From Eledone cirrhosa (taxonomy: Eukaryota): a stretch of 64,000 nt of DNA. Below are positions 1-13,600 of the stretch, piece after piece. The stretch's first letter is position 1. Every line of letters begins with the position of its first letter. Made by a program: the position numbers and the translations under genes. The notes beneath the pieces are model-generated. The model saw nothing but the letters and a program-made list of their open reading frames with translations. It was not told the origin of the DNA and searched no databases. Location of the stretch: the NCBI GenBank assembly GCA_964016885.1, contig OZ024747.1, forward strand, positions 9,920,001-9,984,000, in the 5' to 3' direction.

Positions 1-308
1 AAGTGACATCTTGCTTTCACACCTTCCAGCTTTGGCATCATTTCTACAGCTGGATGTCTTTCCTGTCACTAACTACTTTACAAAGTGTACTGCATACATT
101 TTACCCACACCTGGGAAGTTGTCATGTCCTTGATTCAACTGAAAAGTCCTCTCAAATATATATATATATATAAGTAGAAGGGGTATTTAATTTGTTGGAA
201 GTTCGACAAATATAAATGTTTATAACTGATTTAGAGCACTCAACAAGTTACTGGAGTAAATATTCAATGATATTAAATAAATGGAAACTATATTTATAAA
301 ACCATATT

Positions 309-372
309 TATTTTATTATATATATTTCAAGGATACCAAGACAACATTGGTACGCTTTCATCAGATAAAATA
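309..372 (-). ncRNA. Minimal type I hammerhead ribozyme motif (left arm)
   Basis: Reverse complement reads TATTTTAT CTGATGA AAGCGTACCAA TGTTGTC TTGGTATCCTT GAAA TATATA TA ATAAAATA: 8-bp stem I, stem II and a palindromic stem III. Confidence 0.75.
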
Positions 373-456
373 CAGAGTTTGTTTTATAAATAGAGACATA
401 CCCATGAAAATCATACCTTATCGGTTGGAAATTCACTATTTATAAAACAAACTTTG

Positions 457-520
457 TATTTTATCTGATGAAAGCATACCAATGTTGTCTTGGTACCCTT
501 GAAATATATATAATAAAATA
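457..520 (+). ncRNA. Minimal type I hammerhead ribozyme motif (right arm)
   Basis: Stem I TATTTTAT 457-464 pairs with ATAAAATA 513-520. CTGATGA at 465-471, stem II TACCAA/TTGGTA, GAAA at 501-504, palindromic TATATA, then UH site TA at 511-512. Confidence 0.75.
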
Positions 521-965
521 AATATGGTTTTATAAATATAGTTTCCATTTATTTAATATCATTGTGTATATATATATATATATTATTTGTTTTTGTTTTG
601 CATTGTTTTTGAAAAGGAGGTTATGTTGAAATATACTGGGTGAGAAAGACATTGCTTTGTTTTGTTTTATCATCCTTTGCCCTATATATACATTTCTACC
701 GCATTGTACCAGCTTTCTGAAATACTTATTAGTCATATAAATATATATATATATAAATATATATAAATATATATATATATATATAATCAATACTTGTAGT
801 AATAGTAGTGGTAGCAGCAATAGTCGACTTGTATTTGCTACCACAAAAAACTATTTATGCAAGTTGTAGTATATAGAGTGTTTCTTAGGTAATTGTTGGG
901 GGCAGAGCAGTGGGATTAGTTGGTGCGAGGTGGACCCCACCCCCCCCACCCCACCCCACCCCCCA

Positions 966-1235
966 CTAACATCCTTGAAAGGATACCAGCTTCTATTGTA
1001 TCTAACATTCGCAATTACTATTGAATATCTCCCACCCACTACTTAGGGTGATCTTTGTAAAAGAGGGAAGGAACCCCCTTAACATCCTTGATAAGATACC
1101 AGCTTCTATTGTATCTAACATTCACAATTGCTATTGAATATCTCCCACCCACTACCTAGGGTCATCTTTGTAAAAGAGGGAACCCCCTTAACATCCTTGA
1201 TCACATACCAGCTTCTGTTGTATCTAACATTCACA
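966..1235. repeat. ~113-bp tandem repeat, ~2.5 copies
   Basis: TAACATCCTTGA...ATACCAGCTTCTATTGTATCTAACATTC recurs at about 967, 1080 and 1189. Confidence 0.8.
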
Positions 1236-2167
1236 ACTAGGGTTATCCTTGTGAAATACAGAACTATAACACAACATCAGACTATCAAGGGCATGAAACT
1301 ATCCCAGTGGTCTAGCAATAGGGGACATACTAATATGTAATAAGGATTTGCTTGAGAGATATTCAGATATATGGTTAGAATATCTCAGGAAAGAATCACT
1401 GGACAGATTTTACAGACAAACCAAATGATGATGATGATGATGATGTATGTTATTATTTAGTTCAGGTGAGCCTTAGATGAGGAGAGCTGACTAAAGGCTT
1501 TTCTGTTATAACTATACCATCATTCTTCTCTCTGGCATTACATATCAAGGATTACATTATCAAATGTGTCTTCTCATTTTTCAAGATGGTCATGTATAAT
1601 TTGAAGGTGCCATTTGACTGGTAGTTATAACAGATTAAGTAACTATGAATTGGCTTGTCATATGTATATGTGTATTATATTAATGTGTCTATTCATGTTT
1701 ATGTTTCTAGGTGTTTGAGTGATACACATAGAAACACTTTCTTTGGCTTTGAAAATATACACTCATGCATACATAAATACATACATAAATACATTAAAAT
1801 AGTACTCTCGATTAAATCATGCAAAACCATTTTGCTGGTCTGAGAGCTGATGAGGGTGAAGATGTGTGTGTAAACTTCTCTTGTATATTGCCTTTCTTTA
1901 TTTCCTTCACTTCTATGTGCTAATATGCTTTTCCTTGCCCTACTCCCTTCTCAATCTTTTCTATATTTCATCTGCTTGTCACCCACCTCGTGGATTGACT
2001 CTCTGCTGACCACTGGCCACTGTCCTGAGGCATAGTTGCCCATTGTTGTCTTTGACAGCATTTAACTGTTTTAACAGCTGTTCTAGCATTGGGTTTTCTG
2101 ATTTTTTTATGAATAAATATGTGGATATGTATCATAGTTTAACATCCATTTGTCATGCTTGCATGGG

Positions 2168-2212
<45 letters not shown>

Positions 2213-2390
2213 TTGTACATACACATATATGTACATCTGTGAGCGTATATACATACATATACACACACTTAACTATATTTCTTGAAAGATTTTTATATAT
2301 TTCATATGGCTATTGTTATTCATTTGTCTATATATAATTTTTTTTTTGCTTTTCTTGATGAGACTTTCCAAGTATTTAGCCATGTTTTAT

Positions 2391-2468
2391 ATTGCCTCAT
2401 CTGACGAACGAATGAAGACGTTTCTTTCGTATTCACCTCATTCGGGAAACCTCTGGTAATGAGGTAAT
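2391..2468 (+). ncRNA. Type I hammerhead ribozyme with intact catalytic core
   Basis: Stem I ATTGCCTCAT 2391-2400 pairs with ATGAGGTAAT 2459-2468. CTGACGA at 2401-2407, stem II CGAATGA/TCATTCG, then GAAA, stem III ACC-TCT-GGT and a GUA cleavage triplet. Confidence 0.85.
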
Positions 2469-2497
2469 TATATTGTATTGATTTTTATACATTAAAT

Positions 2498-2519
2498 TAT
2501 ATATATATATATATATATA

Positions 2520-2558
<39 letters not shown>

Positions 2559-2795
2559 CAATATATATATATATGTCAATATATATGTCAATATATATAT
2601 ATGTCAATATATATATATATGTCAATATATATATATATATGTTAATATATATATATATATGTTAATATATATATATATGTCAATATATATATATATGTTA
2701 ATATATATATATATATATGTTAATATATATATATATATGTCAATATATATATATATATATATATATGTCAATATATATATATATATATCAATATA
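2498..2795. repeat. (TA)n microsatellite with GTCAA/GTTAA interruptions
   Basis: Read directly from the sequence. Confidence 0.95.
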
Positions 2796-3351
2796 TGTCT
2801 GTGTGTACGTATAATAATGTGTATGTGTGATACTTGATTGAAGAGGCCGTCAGTTGAACTGGCTGGCTGTTGATTTGATGATGTTCCACTGACCATCAGA
2901 TATATCCACCACACCCTTAATAAGCACACAGATACAATGAAAGTCCAATATGTGATTCATCATTATCCATTATTTTTCCAGTCACGTGTCACACATCACT
3001 ATAGGAGTTGAGATATAGAAGAGAAAGGCAAAACAAACATTACACAAATGACAGTAATATAGTGTCTATACATTCTACAATTGCACTGCTTCACTGTCAG
3101 TTAGATGTCCACATGGCAAGCAATAATGCAAGTTGATTGAGCCAACAGGAAACTGCAGAGAGAGCTATTTGGTTTCTGCTTTATTTGAGCCTATCTAATG
3201 CACACTCACAATCAGTGCAAACAAGATTATTTATTCTTTTCATTACCATATTTCTAATAAAATATACGGCCTATGCTTTTCAAATAATTTTGAAACTAAT
3301 CAAGAACTTTAGAGGGAATTAGTAGTGTAACTAACATTCTCATTATTAAGA

Positions 3352-3862
3352 AGGCGATGGATTGGCAGTATTGGTAGAGGGTCGATAAAATAAAGTACCA
3401 GTAATGCACTGGATAATTGCTGGCCTTGTGCCTAAAGTAGAAACAATTAAGTTGGTGTTGTTTATGGCGGTAGATTAGCAGTATCGGGAGAGCGTCGGAC
3501 AACATTCTTTGCAGCATAGAGTTATGGCTCTTTACATTCTGAGTTCAAATCCTGTCAAGATTAGCTTTGCTTTTCATACTTACAGGGCCGATAAAATAAA
3601 GTACCAGTAATGCACTGAGGTTGATATAATCGACTTTCCCCTCCCCCAAAAATTGTTGGCCTAATGCCTAAAGCAGTGGATTGGCAGTATCAGTAGAGGG
3701 TCGGACGCCATGCTTTGACGCAGAGTTACGGCCCTTGCCATTCTGAGTTCAAATCCCGCCGAGGTTAACTTTGCCTTTCATCCTTACGGGGTCGATAACA
3801 TAAAGTACCAGTAATGCACTGGGATAATTGCTGGCCTTGTGCCAAAAGTAGAAACAATTATT
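3352..3862 (+). mobile_element. Cluster of three tandem tRNA-derived SINEs (Nin/Deu-like central domain)
   Basis: A-box TTGGCAGTATCGG, B-box GAGTTCAAATCC, body GCCTTTCATCCTTACGGGGTCGATAAAATAAAGTACCAG and tail GCTGGCCTTGTGCC..AAAGTAGAAACAATTATT. The same family recurs more than 12 times in the window. Confidence 0.85.
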
Positions 3863-4087
3863 AATCTGCTTATTGGAACATAACTTAACAAAGGTTCTTA
3901 TGTGAAATCATGATGGCAGATTCACTTTACAGCACGCAATTGTTTTATTGTAGAATCAGGAGTGGTTTCGGGTGTCTTGCTGTTAAAAGGGTTAAAGATC
4001 TTCTAGATATGACCATCCTTTCATCATTGTAGGTCAGCTGACAATACATCACACAATCATGTTCACATGAACACATACCTATAAGCA

Positions 4088-7000
4088 CTACATACACACA
4101 CACACTCACACATACATACATATCACTACATATATGCACAGACTCACAGATACATACATATCACTACATATACACACACACTCACACATACATACATATC
4201 ACTACATATACATACATATCACTACATATATGCACAGACTCACAGATACATACATATCACTACATATATATACAGACTCACACATACATACATATCACTA
4301 CATATACACACACACTCACACATACATACATATCACTACATATATATACAGACTCACACATACATACATATCACTACATATATATACAGACTCACACATA
4401 CATACATATCACTACATATACACACACACTCACACATACATACATATCACTACATATACACACACACTCACACATACATACATATCACTACATACACACA
4501 GACTCACACATACATACATATCACTACATATACACACACACTCACACATACATACATATCACTACATATACATATACTCACACATACATACATATCACTA
4601 CATATACACACACTCACACATACATACATATCACTACATATACACACAGACTCACACATACATACATATCACTACATATACACACACACTCACACATACA
4701 TACATATCACTACATATACACACACTCACACATACATACATATCACTACATATACACACACTCACACATACATACATATCACTACATATACACACAGACT
4801 CACACATACATACATATCACTACATATACACACACTCACACATACATACATATCACTACATATACACACACACTCACACATACTTACATATCACTACATA
4901 CACACAGACTCACACATACATACATATCACTACATATACACACACACTCACACATACATACATATCACTACATATATATACAGACTCACACATACATACA
5001 TATCACTATATATACACACACACTCACACATACATACATATCACTACATATACACACACACTCACACATACATACATATCACTACATATACACACACACT
5101 CACACATACATACATATCACTACATACACACAGACTCACACATACATACATATCACTACATATACACACACACTCACACATACATACATATCACTACATA
5201 TACACACACTCACACATACATACATATCACTACATATACACACACTCACACATACATACATATCACTACATATACACACAGACTCACACATACATACATA
5301 TCACTACATATACACACACACTCACACATACATACATATCACTACATATACACACACACTCACACATACATACATATCACTACATACACACAGACTCACA
5401 CATACATACATATCACTACATATACACACACACTCACACATACATATCACTACATATACACACACACTCACACATACATACATATCACTACATACACACA
5501 GACTCACACATACATACATATCACTACATATACACACACACTCACACATACATACATATCACTACATATATATACAGACTCACACATACATACATATCAC
5601 TACATATATACACACACTCACACATACATACATATCACTACATATACACACACACTCACACATACATACATATCACTACATATACACACACACTCACACA
5701 TACATACATATCACTACATATATACAGACTCACACATACATACATATCACTACATATACACACACACTCACACATACATACATATCACTACATATATATA
5801 TACAGACTCACACATACATACATATCACTACATACACACACACTCACACATACATACATATCACTACATATACACACACTCACACATACATACATATCAC
5901 TACATATATACACAGACTCACACATACATACATATCACTACATACACACACTCACACATACATACATATCACTACATACACACACACTCACACATACATA
6001 CATATCACTACATATACACACACACACTCACACATACATACATATCACTACATATACACACACACTCACACATACATACATATCACTACATATACACAGA
6101 CACTCACACATACATACATATCACTACATATACACACACACTCACACATACATACATATCACTACATATACACACACACTCACACATACATACATATCAC
6201 TACATATACACAGACTCACACATACATACATATCACTACATATACACACACACTCACACATACATACATATCACTACATATACACACACACTCACACATA
6301 CATACATATCACTACATATACACACACTCACACATACATACATATCACTACATATACACACACACTCACACATACATACATATCACTACATATATACACA
6401 CACTCACACATACATACATATCACTACATATATACACACACTCACACATACATACATATCACTACATATATACACACACTCACACATACATATCACTACA
6501 TATATACACAGACTCACACATACATACATATCACTACATACACACACACTCACACATACATACATATCACTACATATACACACACACTCACACATACATA
6601 CATATCACTACATATACACACACTCACACATACATACATATCACTACATATACACACACACTCACACATACATACATATCACTACATATATACACAGACT
6701 CACACATACATACATATCACTACATATACACACACACACTCACACATACATACATATCACTACATATACACACACACTCACACATACATACATATCACTA
6801 CATATATATACAGACTCACACATACATACATATCACTACATACACACACACACTCACACATACATACATATCACTACATACACACACACTCACACATACA
6901 TACAACTCACTACATATATACACAGACTCACACATACATACATATCACTACATATACACACACACTCACACATACATACATATCACTACATATACACAGA

Positions 7001-8705
7001 CACTCACACATACATACATATCATTACATATACACACACACTCACACATACATACATATCACTACATATACACACACACTCACACATACATACATATCAC
7101 TACATATACACACACACTCACACATACATACATATCACTACATATATATACAGACTCACACATACATACATATCACTACATATACACACACACTCACACA
7201 TACATACATATCACTACATATACACACACACTCACACATACATACATATCACTACATATATACACAGACTCACACATACATACATATCACTACATATACA
7301 CACACACACTCACACATACATACATATCACTACATATACACACACTCACACATACATACATATCACTACATATACACACACACTCACACATACATACATA
7401 TCACTACATATATACACACACTCACACATACATACATATCACTACATACACACACACTCACACATACATACATATCACTACATATATACACAGACTCACA
7501 CATACATACATATCACTACATATACACACACACACTCACACATACATACATATCACTACATATACACACACACTCACACATACATACATATCACTACATA
7601 TATATACAGACTCACACATACATACATATCACTACATACACACACACTCACACATACATACATATCACTACATATACACACACACTCACACATACATACA
7701 ACTCACTACATATATACACAGACTCACACATACATACATATCACTACATACACACACACTCACACATACATACATATCACTACATATATACACAGACTCA
7801 CACATACATACATATCACTACATATACACACACACACTCACACATACATACATATCACTACATATACACACACACTCACACATACATACATATCACTACA
7901 TATATACACAGACTCACACATACATACATATCACTACATATACACACACACACTCACACATACATACATATCACTACATATACACACACACTCACACATA
8001 CATACATATCACTACATATATATACAGACTCACACATACATACATATCACTACATACACACACACTCACACATACATACATATCACTACATATACACACA
8101 CACTCACACATACATACATATCACTACATACACACACACTCACACATACATACATATCACTACATACACACACACTCACACATACATACATATCACTACA
8201 TATACACACACTCACACATACATACATATCACTACATATACACACACACTCACACATACATACATATCACTACATATACACACACTCACACATACATACA
8301 TATCACTACATATATACACACACTCACACATACATACATATCACTACATACACACACACTCACACATACATACATATCACTACATATACACACACACTCA
8401 CACATACATACAACTCACTACATATATACACAGACTCACACATACATACATATCACTACATACACACACACACTCACACATACATACATATCACTACATA
8501 CACACACACACTCACACATACATACATATCACTACATACACACACTCACACATACATACATATCACTACATACACACACACTCACACATACATACATATC
8601 ACTACATATATACACACACTCACACATACATACATATCACTACATATACACACACACTCACACATACATACATTTCACTACATACACACACTCACACATA
8701 CATAC
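4088..8705. repeat. 4.6-kb minisatellite of ~30-36-bp units (CTCACACATACATACATATCACTACA + variable TA/CA tract)
   Basis: Well over 100 near-identical units. The 1524-aa H/T/Y/I ORF arises because the unit lacks stop codons on this strand. Confidence 0.97.
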
Positions 8706-8719
8706 TAGTTATTTTGGGG

Positions 8720-9005
8720 TCAGAGTGTCTGTGGTAGTGTTAAATATATGGTAGTGGTCATTTAGTGGCTGGAGTATCTATGTGATAGTAAAACATATGG
8801 TAGTGGTCATTTAAGTGGCTGGAGTATCTGTGATAGTGTAAAACATATGGTAGTGGTCAATTAGTGGTTAGGGTCTCTGTGTGATAGTAAGGCTATATAG
8901 TGGTGGTCATTTATTGGTCAGAATGTCTGTGACTGTAAAACATATGAGAGTAGTCATTTAGTGGAGCTGGAGTGTCTGTGATAGTGGTCAACTAGTGGCT
9001 AGAGT
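8720..9005. repeat. Degenerate ~47-50-bp tandem repeat
   Basis: GGTAGTGGTCATTTAGTGGCTGGAGTATCTGTGATAGT recurs about 5-6 times. Confidence 0.75.
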
Positions 9006-9049
9006 GAGTAAATATGTAATGGGTGAATAGACCAGCTTGATGAGTCTCC

Positions 9050-9210
9050 GAGCACAAGACATACTTTAGACTTTTTACGGCCCTTTATGGTCTGAGTTCA
9101 AATCCTGCCAAGGTTGACTTTGCCTTTCATCCTTACGGGGTCGATAAAATAAAGTACCAGTTATACACTGGGATAATTGCTGGCCTTGTGCCAAAAGTAG
9201 AAACAATTAT
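9050..9210 (+). mobile_element. tRNA-derived SINE (same family as 3352-3862)
   Basis: GAGTTCAAATCC B-box plus the shared body and tail. Confidence 0.8.
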
Positions 9211-10026
9211 TTGGTCAGTTTGTAATCCATATACAAATGTTATACAGTGTGACAATAAAAGATGACCAAGGCAGAAGACCTATAGTAAAATTGAGGATAA
9301 GAAACTATTGTCCTCTACTGGACAACGGGAAATTGAAAGTAGAATTGCAAAAGAACTTTTTTTAAAAGAAGCAAATATAGGAAGGAAATACTGGTTGTTT
9401 TGATGTCTGCGAGAGGGAGACAAAGAGTGAGGGGGGGTCCTTTTTATATTGTGTAGGGTGTGGCAATGTGTCATGCTTCTGTAGTAGAGGTTACACCAAA
9501 AAGTAAGTTGGTCAAGAAGAACTTGATGTAGAGTCAAAAGGTCAGTATTTGAGGACGTAAAAATGTTCACTGAAGATGACTCACGGCCTAGTAAATTGTA
9601 GATTTGTAAACCACTTCTATATAAAAAGCTTTCAGAGAAAAGATTAATAAATAATTATGGTGTGTTCTTCTGCAGTCAAAATACCATTCAGATCCCGGAT
9701 GTTTTACAGGGGTTTTGGGGTTTTAAATTGATCCCAGGATTTACATGATACTTTATGTTATTATACCTCCTCAGAATGGAAACATAAGAATTAAAGTTAA
9801 CTGAGAGGGATTCTACATCAGAATTTAAATGGTTGTAATTGAATAACGCAAGGTATTTTGTTTGATATTCTAACTATTTTACCAAATCACGGTTATGATG
9901 TATGTGTGCGTTCATTTATACTTACACATATACACACATATATATATATATTTATATAGTAAAAGAGTGAAGAATAACATGGTCAACAGTACAATAGAGA
10001 TTACCTTAAACGATATCTTGTTATCT

Positions 10027-10451
<425 letters not shown>

Positions 10452-10651
10452 NNNNNNNNNNNNNNNNNNNNNNNNNNNNNNNNNNNNNNNNNNNNNNNNN
10501 NNNNNNNNNNNNNNNNNNNNNNNNNNNNNNNNNNNNNNNNNNNNNNNNNNNNNNNNNNNNNNNNNNNNNNNNNNNNNNNNNNNNNNNNNNNNNNNNNNNN
10601 NNNNNNNNNNNNNNNNNNNNNNNNNNNNNNNNNNNNNNNNNNNNNNNNNNN
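10452..10651. other. Assembly gap (200 N)
   Basis: Run of N. Confidence 0.99.
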
Positions 10652-13600
10652 GATAATGACAGCAACATCATCGATGACAACACCAAAAAGACAACTGGTG
10701 TGCTAGATTCAACAGATATGGAAAAACTCCAAAGGAATCACAAGAACTCACACAAACTTCAGAACAACTCGCTATTGACTTGTCAAGCTTGCTTTCAGTT
10801 GACAGTTCGGAGATTTCTAATGAACTGTCACATGACTATGTTGCTAAGCGACCAAAATCTCCAGAAGATCATTCGGAGTCATCTCAGGAAACATCTTCAT
10901 CTGATTCTGATGGAGACTATCCATCAAATCAACATCTAATTCTAGAATTTGGTGTAGAAAATGATGTGAACAATAAGTGTGCCGAGGTTCTGTTGGCGGA
11001 CATTTCATCAGATGAGGTCCAACTACATTCTGAAGAGGTTCGAGAGGAGACAGATAAGGTAGCATTAATTGAACCAAATCTCTCTAAAACAATTGTTTCA
11101 GCTCATCCTATCACAGCTGAAGAACAAATCCCCACTGAAGAATTTCCAGAACATTCTCAGTGTCTCACTTTCCAAGCAACTGAAGAAATCTCTGAAGAGA
11201 ATTCCATCATAGAAACTGGAGTTGATTTCACCGAAGGTCTTCATGACAAAATGTTTGATGATGTTTCAGGATTTGTTGACAGAAAAGAAAATTTCTTTGG
11301 AATTACTCGTCAACAGATTAATAGACCTTTACTTAAGTACAGTCTTCCCATTAGCATCAGCCAGGCTGAATCTAGTCCCTCTTTACAAGAAGGGTCTCGT
11401 TGTGAAACGTCTCCAGAAACTCTAAGTTCTTATGTGGATATTTGCCAGATGAAGCTAACTGATAGTCTACTAGAGAGTGAAAATAAAGAAATATTTGCAG
11501 ACTTGTGTAAAAGCAAGGAGTGTAATGTGAACCAGCCTGTAGATTTGAGTGAATCCCAACAGGTAGATAAGAAAGTAGATAATGTCAATGTTTTGGAATC
11601 CATTGAGAAAGAATTTGATATTACTTCAGTTAGCTCTTTTGAAGAAAGTAGCGTAATAATTTCAGACAATTCTTTAAATGAGAAATCAATGTCTGACAAA
11701 TACGATTCTGAAGAGAAAACAACACCAATTACTCTTGATGAAGTGAAATCGAACATTACGGAAGATATCTTGAAAAAACAGTCAGAAGATAACTTGTCCG
11801 ATACTGAGATAAAGTTGAAACAAGAAAAACCTTGTGAAACTACTCAGACATTGTCAGAAGAATTTTACAAAGAATGTTCTGGAAGTGAATCAAGTGAAGT
11901 TGTGGCTGAGCTACCAGAAGAACTAAAGAAACAAGAAGATCAATTTACTCTTTCAGAGAAACAATGGGCAACATTAGATGAAGACCAAAGACAGGAAGCA
12001 GACATGTGTGGAAATTACAGTACCGAGAAAGAGACTGATACTGGTATAAAGAATACAGGAACCAAGAATAAAAAGAAAAAGAAACAGAAGAGAAAACCAA
12101 AGTTCTTTGCTCTTGATAATGAAATGTTAATGCAGTTTGTTGAAACAACAGCAGAATTATCCAAGGAATCTGAATTCGAATGTTCAGGCATAGATCCAAA
12201 CATATCTTCAATGGAGGAAAATGATAGTGCTATATCTAAAGACCAAATCAAAGTTCAACCTTTGGCTGATCAACAAATGGAACAATCTTTGGAAGAATTA
12301 GCATCAACTAACTTAGAAGCTGAAGACAAACTTCAAATATCTGAAGATTTGGATACTTTAAGGCAGAATAAGATCAGTTCAGAGGAAACAGAAGAACGTG
12401 ATGTGTCACATGATGCTGTCTTTGTGAATGCCATTGCTGAACAGATGTCTTCAGACGAACTGCTGGAGTCTGAGCTTACTGCAAATGTGATAGAAGAAAA
12501 TGCTGAAATAGAAGAGGTGAAGCAAGTTGTAGATAAATTAGCTGTGAGTCCTTGTAAGGAAATGCTTACTCATGAAACTGAGATCTCCTCAAGTATAGAA
12601 TTGAAGGTCAGTGAAATTATTAGTGAAGCAATCAAAGACAACACGATCAACGTTAAGTGTATAGATGAAGTCAACTTTGATTCAGCTTCAGTCCAACAAC
12701 ATGAAACATTTGTGAATGAAGCTTACACTGAGTCTTGTCAGCTTCCCAAGGAACAAACAGACATAGAGGTCGTTCAACATATTTCCGTTGACCAATTGGA
12801 GAAGAAAGGTGGACAGAAGAAGAAAAAGATTGATTTTGTAAAATGTGCCAAGATTTCAGATGTTGAGGAAACATTTACAATGTCATCCAATGTTAATTTA
12901 ACTGGTGAGTGGAACAAAGTAACTCAGCTGGAGATAGAATACAGTTCATGTCTATTGAAGACAGCAGAAGATCCAGTTCAGTTGGAGATTGACAGCATCA
13001 CTGCTCCACTGGAAACAAAGGAAAGTACGGAGATAGAAGATGACAGTACAGTTCTATTGAAGACTGAGGATAGTACAGGCTTGATGGAAACTCAAGACAG
13101 TACAGTTCTGTTGAAGACTGAGGACAGTTCAGGCTTGTTAGAGAGTGGTGATAGTACAGTTCTGTTGAAGACTGAGGACAGTACAGGCTTGATGGAAACT
13201 CAAGACAGTACAGTTCTGTTGAAGACTGAGGATAGTTCAGGCTTGATAGAGAGTGAGGACAGTACAGTTCTGTTGAAGACTGATGATAGTACATCTCAGT
13301 TGGAAACTTGGGACAGTAGTACAGTTCTGTTGGAGACAGAAACATCCAGAAAACCAGCTTTGATTTCAGAAAAAATAGATCTGGAATCAAAGATTACAGA
13401 AATTGAGCCAAAAAAGCAGTTAGAACATAAATGTGATGGTGAAACTATCGTTGCCACCAATACCACGTTGCCTGTTCAGTCAGCTGTAACAGGAGGTGAT
13501 TTAAATGTACCAGAGGAGGAAAAACCAAAGAAGAAACGAAAGAAAAGGAGATCTCCATTCTTGTATGGTGAAGACGCAATCAGTTCATCTGTTATTATAG

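Larger units (their letters stand above)
171..564. mobile_element. Fold-back (inverted-repeat) element with hammerhead motifs, probable Penelope-like pLTR remnant, copy 1
   Basis: Arms 265-393 and 436-564 are 129-bp inverted repeats with about 3 mismatches and a 42-bp spacer. Flanked by (TA)n on both sides. Homologous to 41408-43745. Each arm contains a CTGATGA...GAAA core. Confidence 0.8.

Noticed and set aside
1843-1885. CTGATGA resembling a hammerhead core
   Set aside because: No correctly placed GAAA or closing stems downstream.
3675-3775. tRNA-like A/B boxes here and at many other sites
   Set aside because: No cloverleaf can be formed, and the boxes are followed by SINE body and tail sequence.
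4134-8708. 1524-aa His/Thr/Tyr/Ile ORF
   Set aside because: It is the translation of a stop-free minisatellite. Unit lengths vary by 2 nt, so there is no frame constraint.
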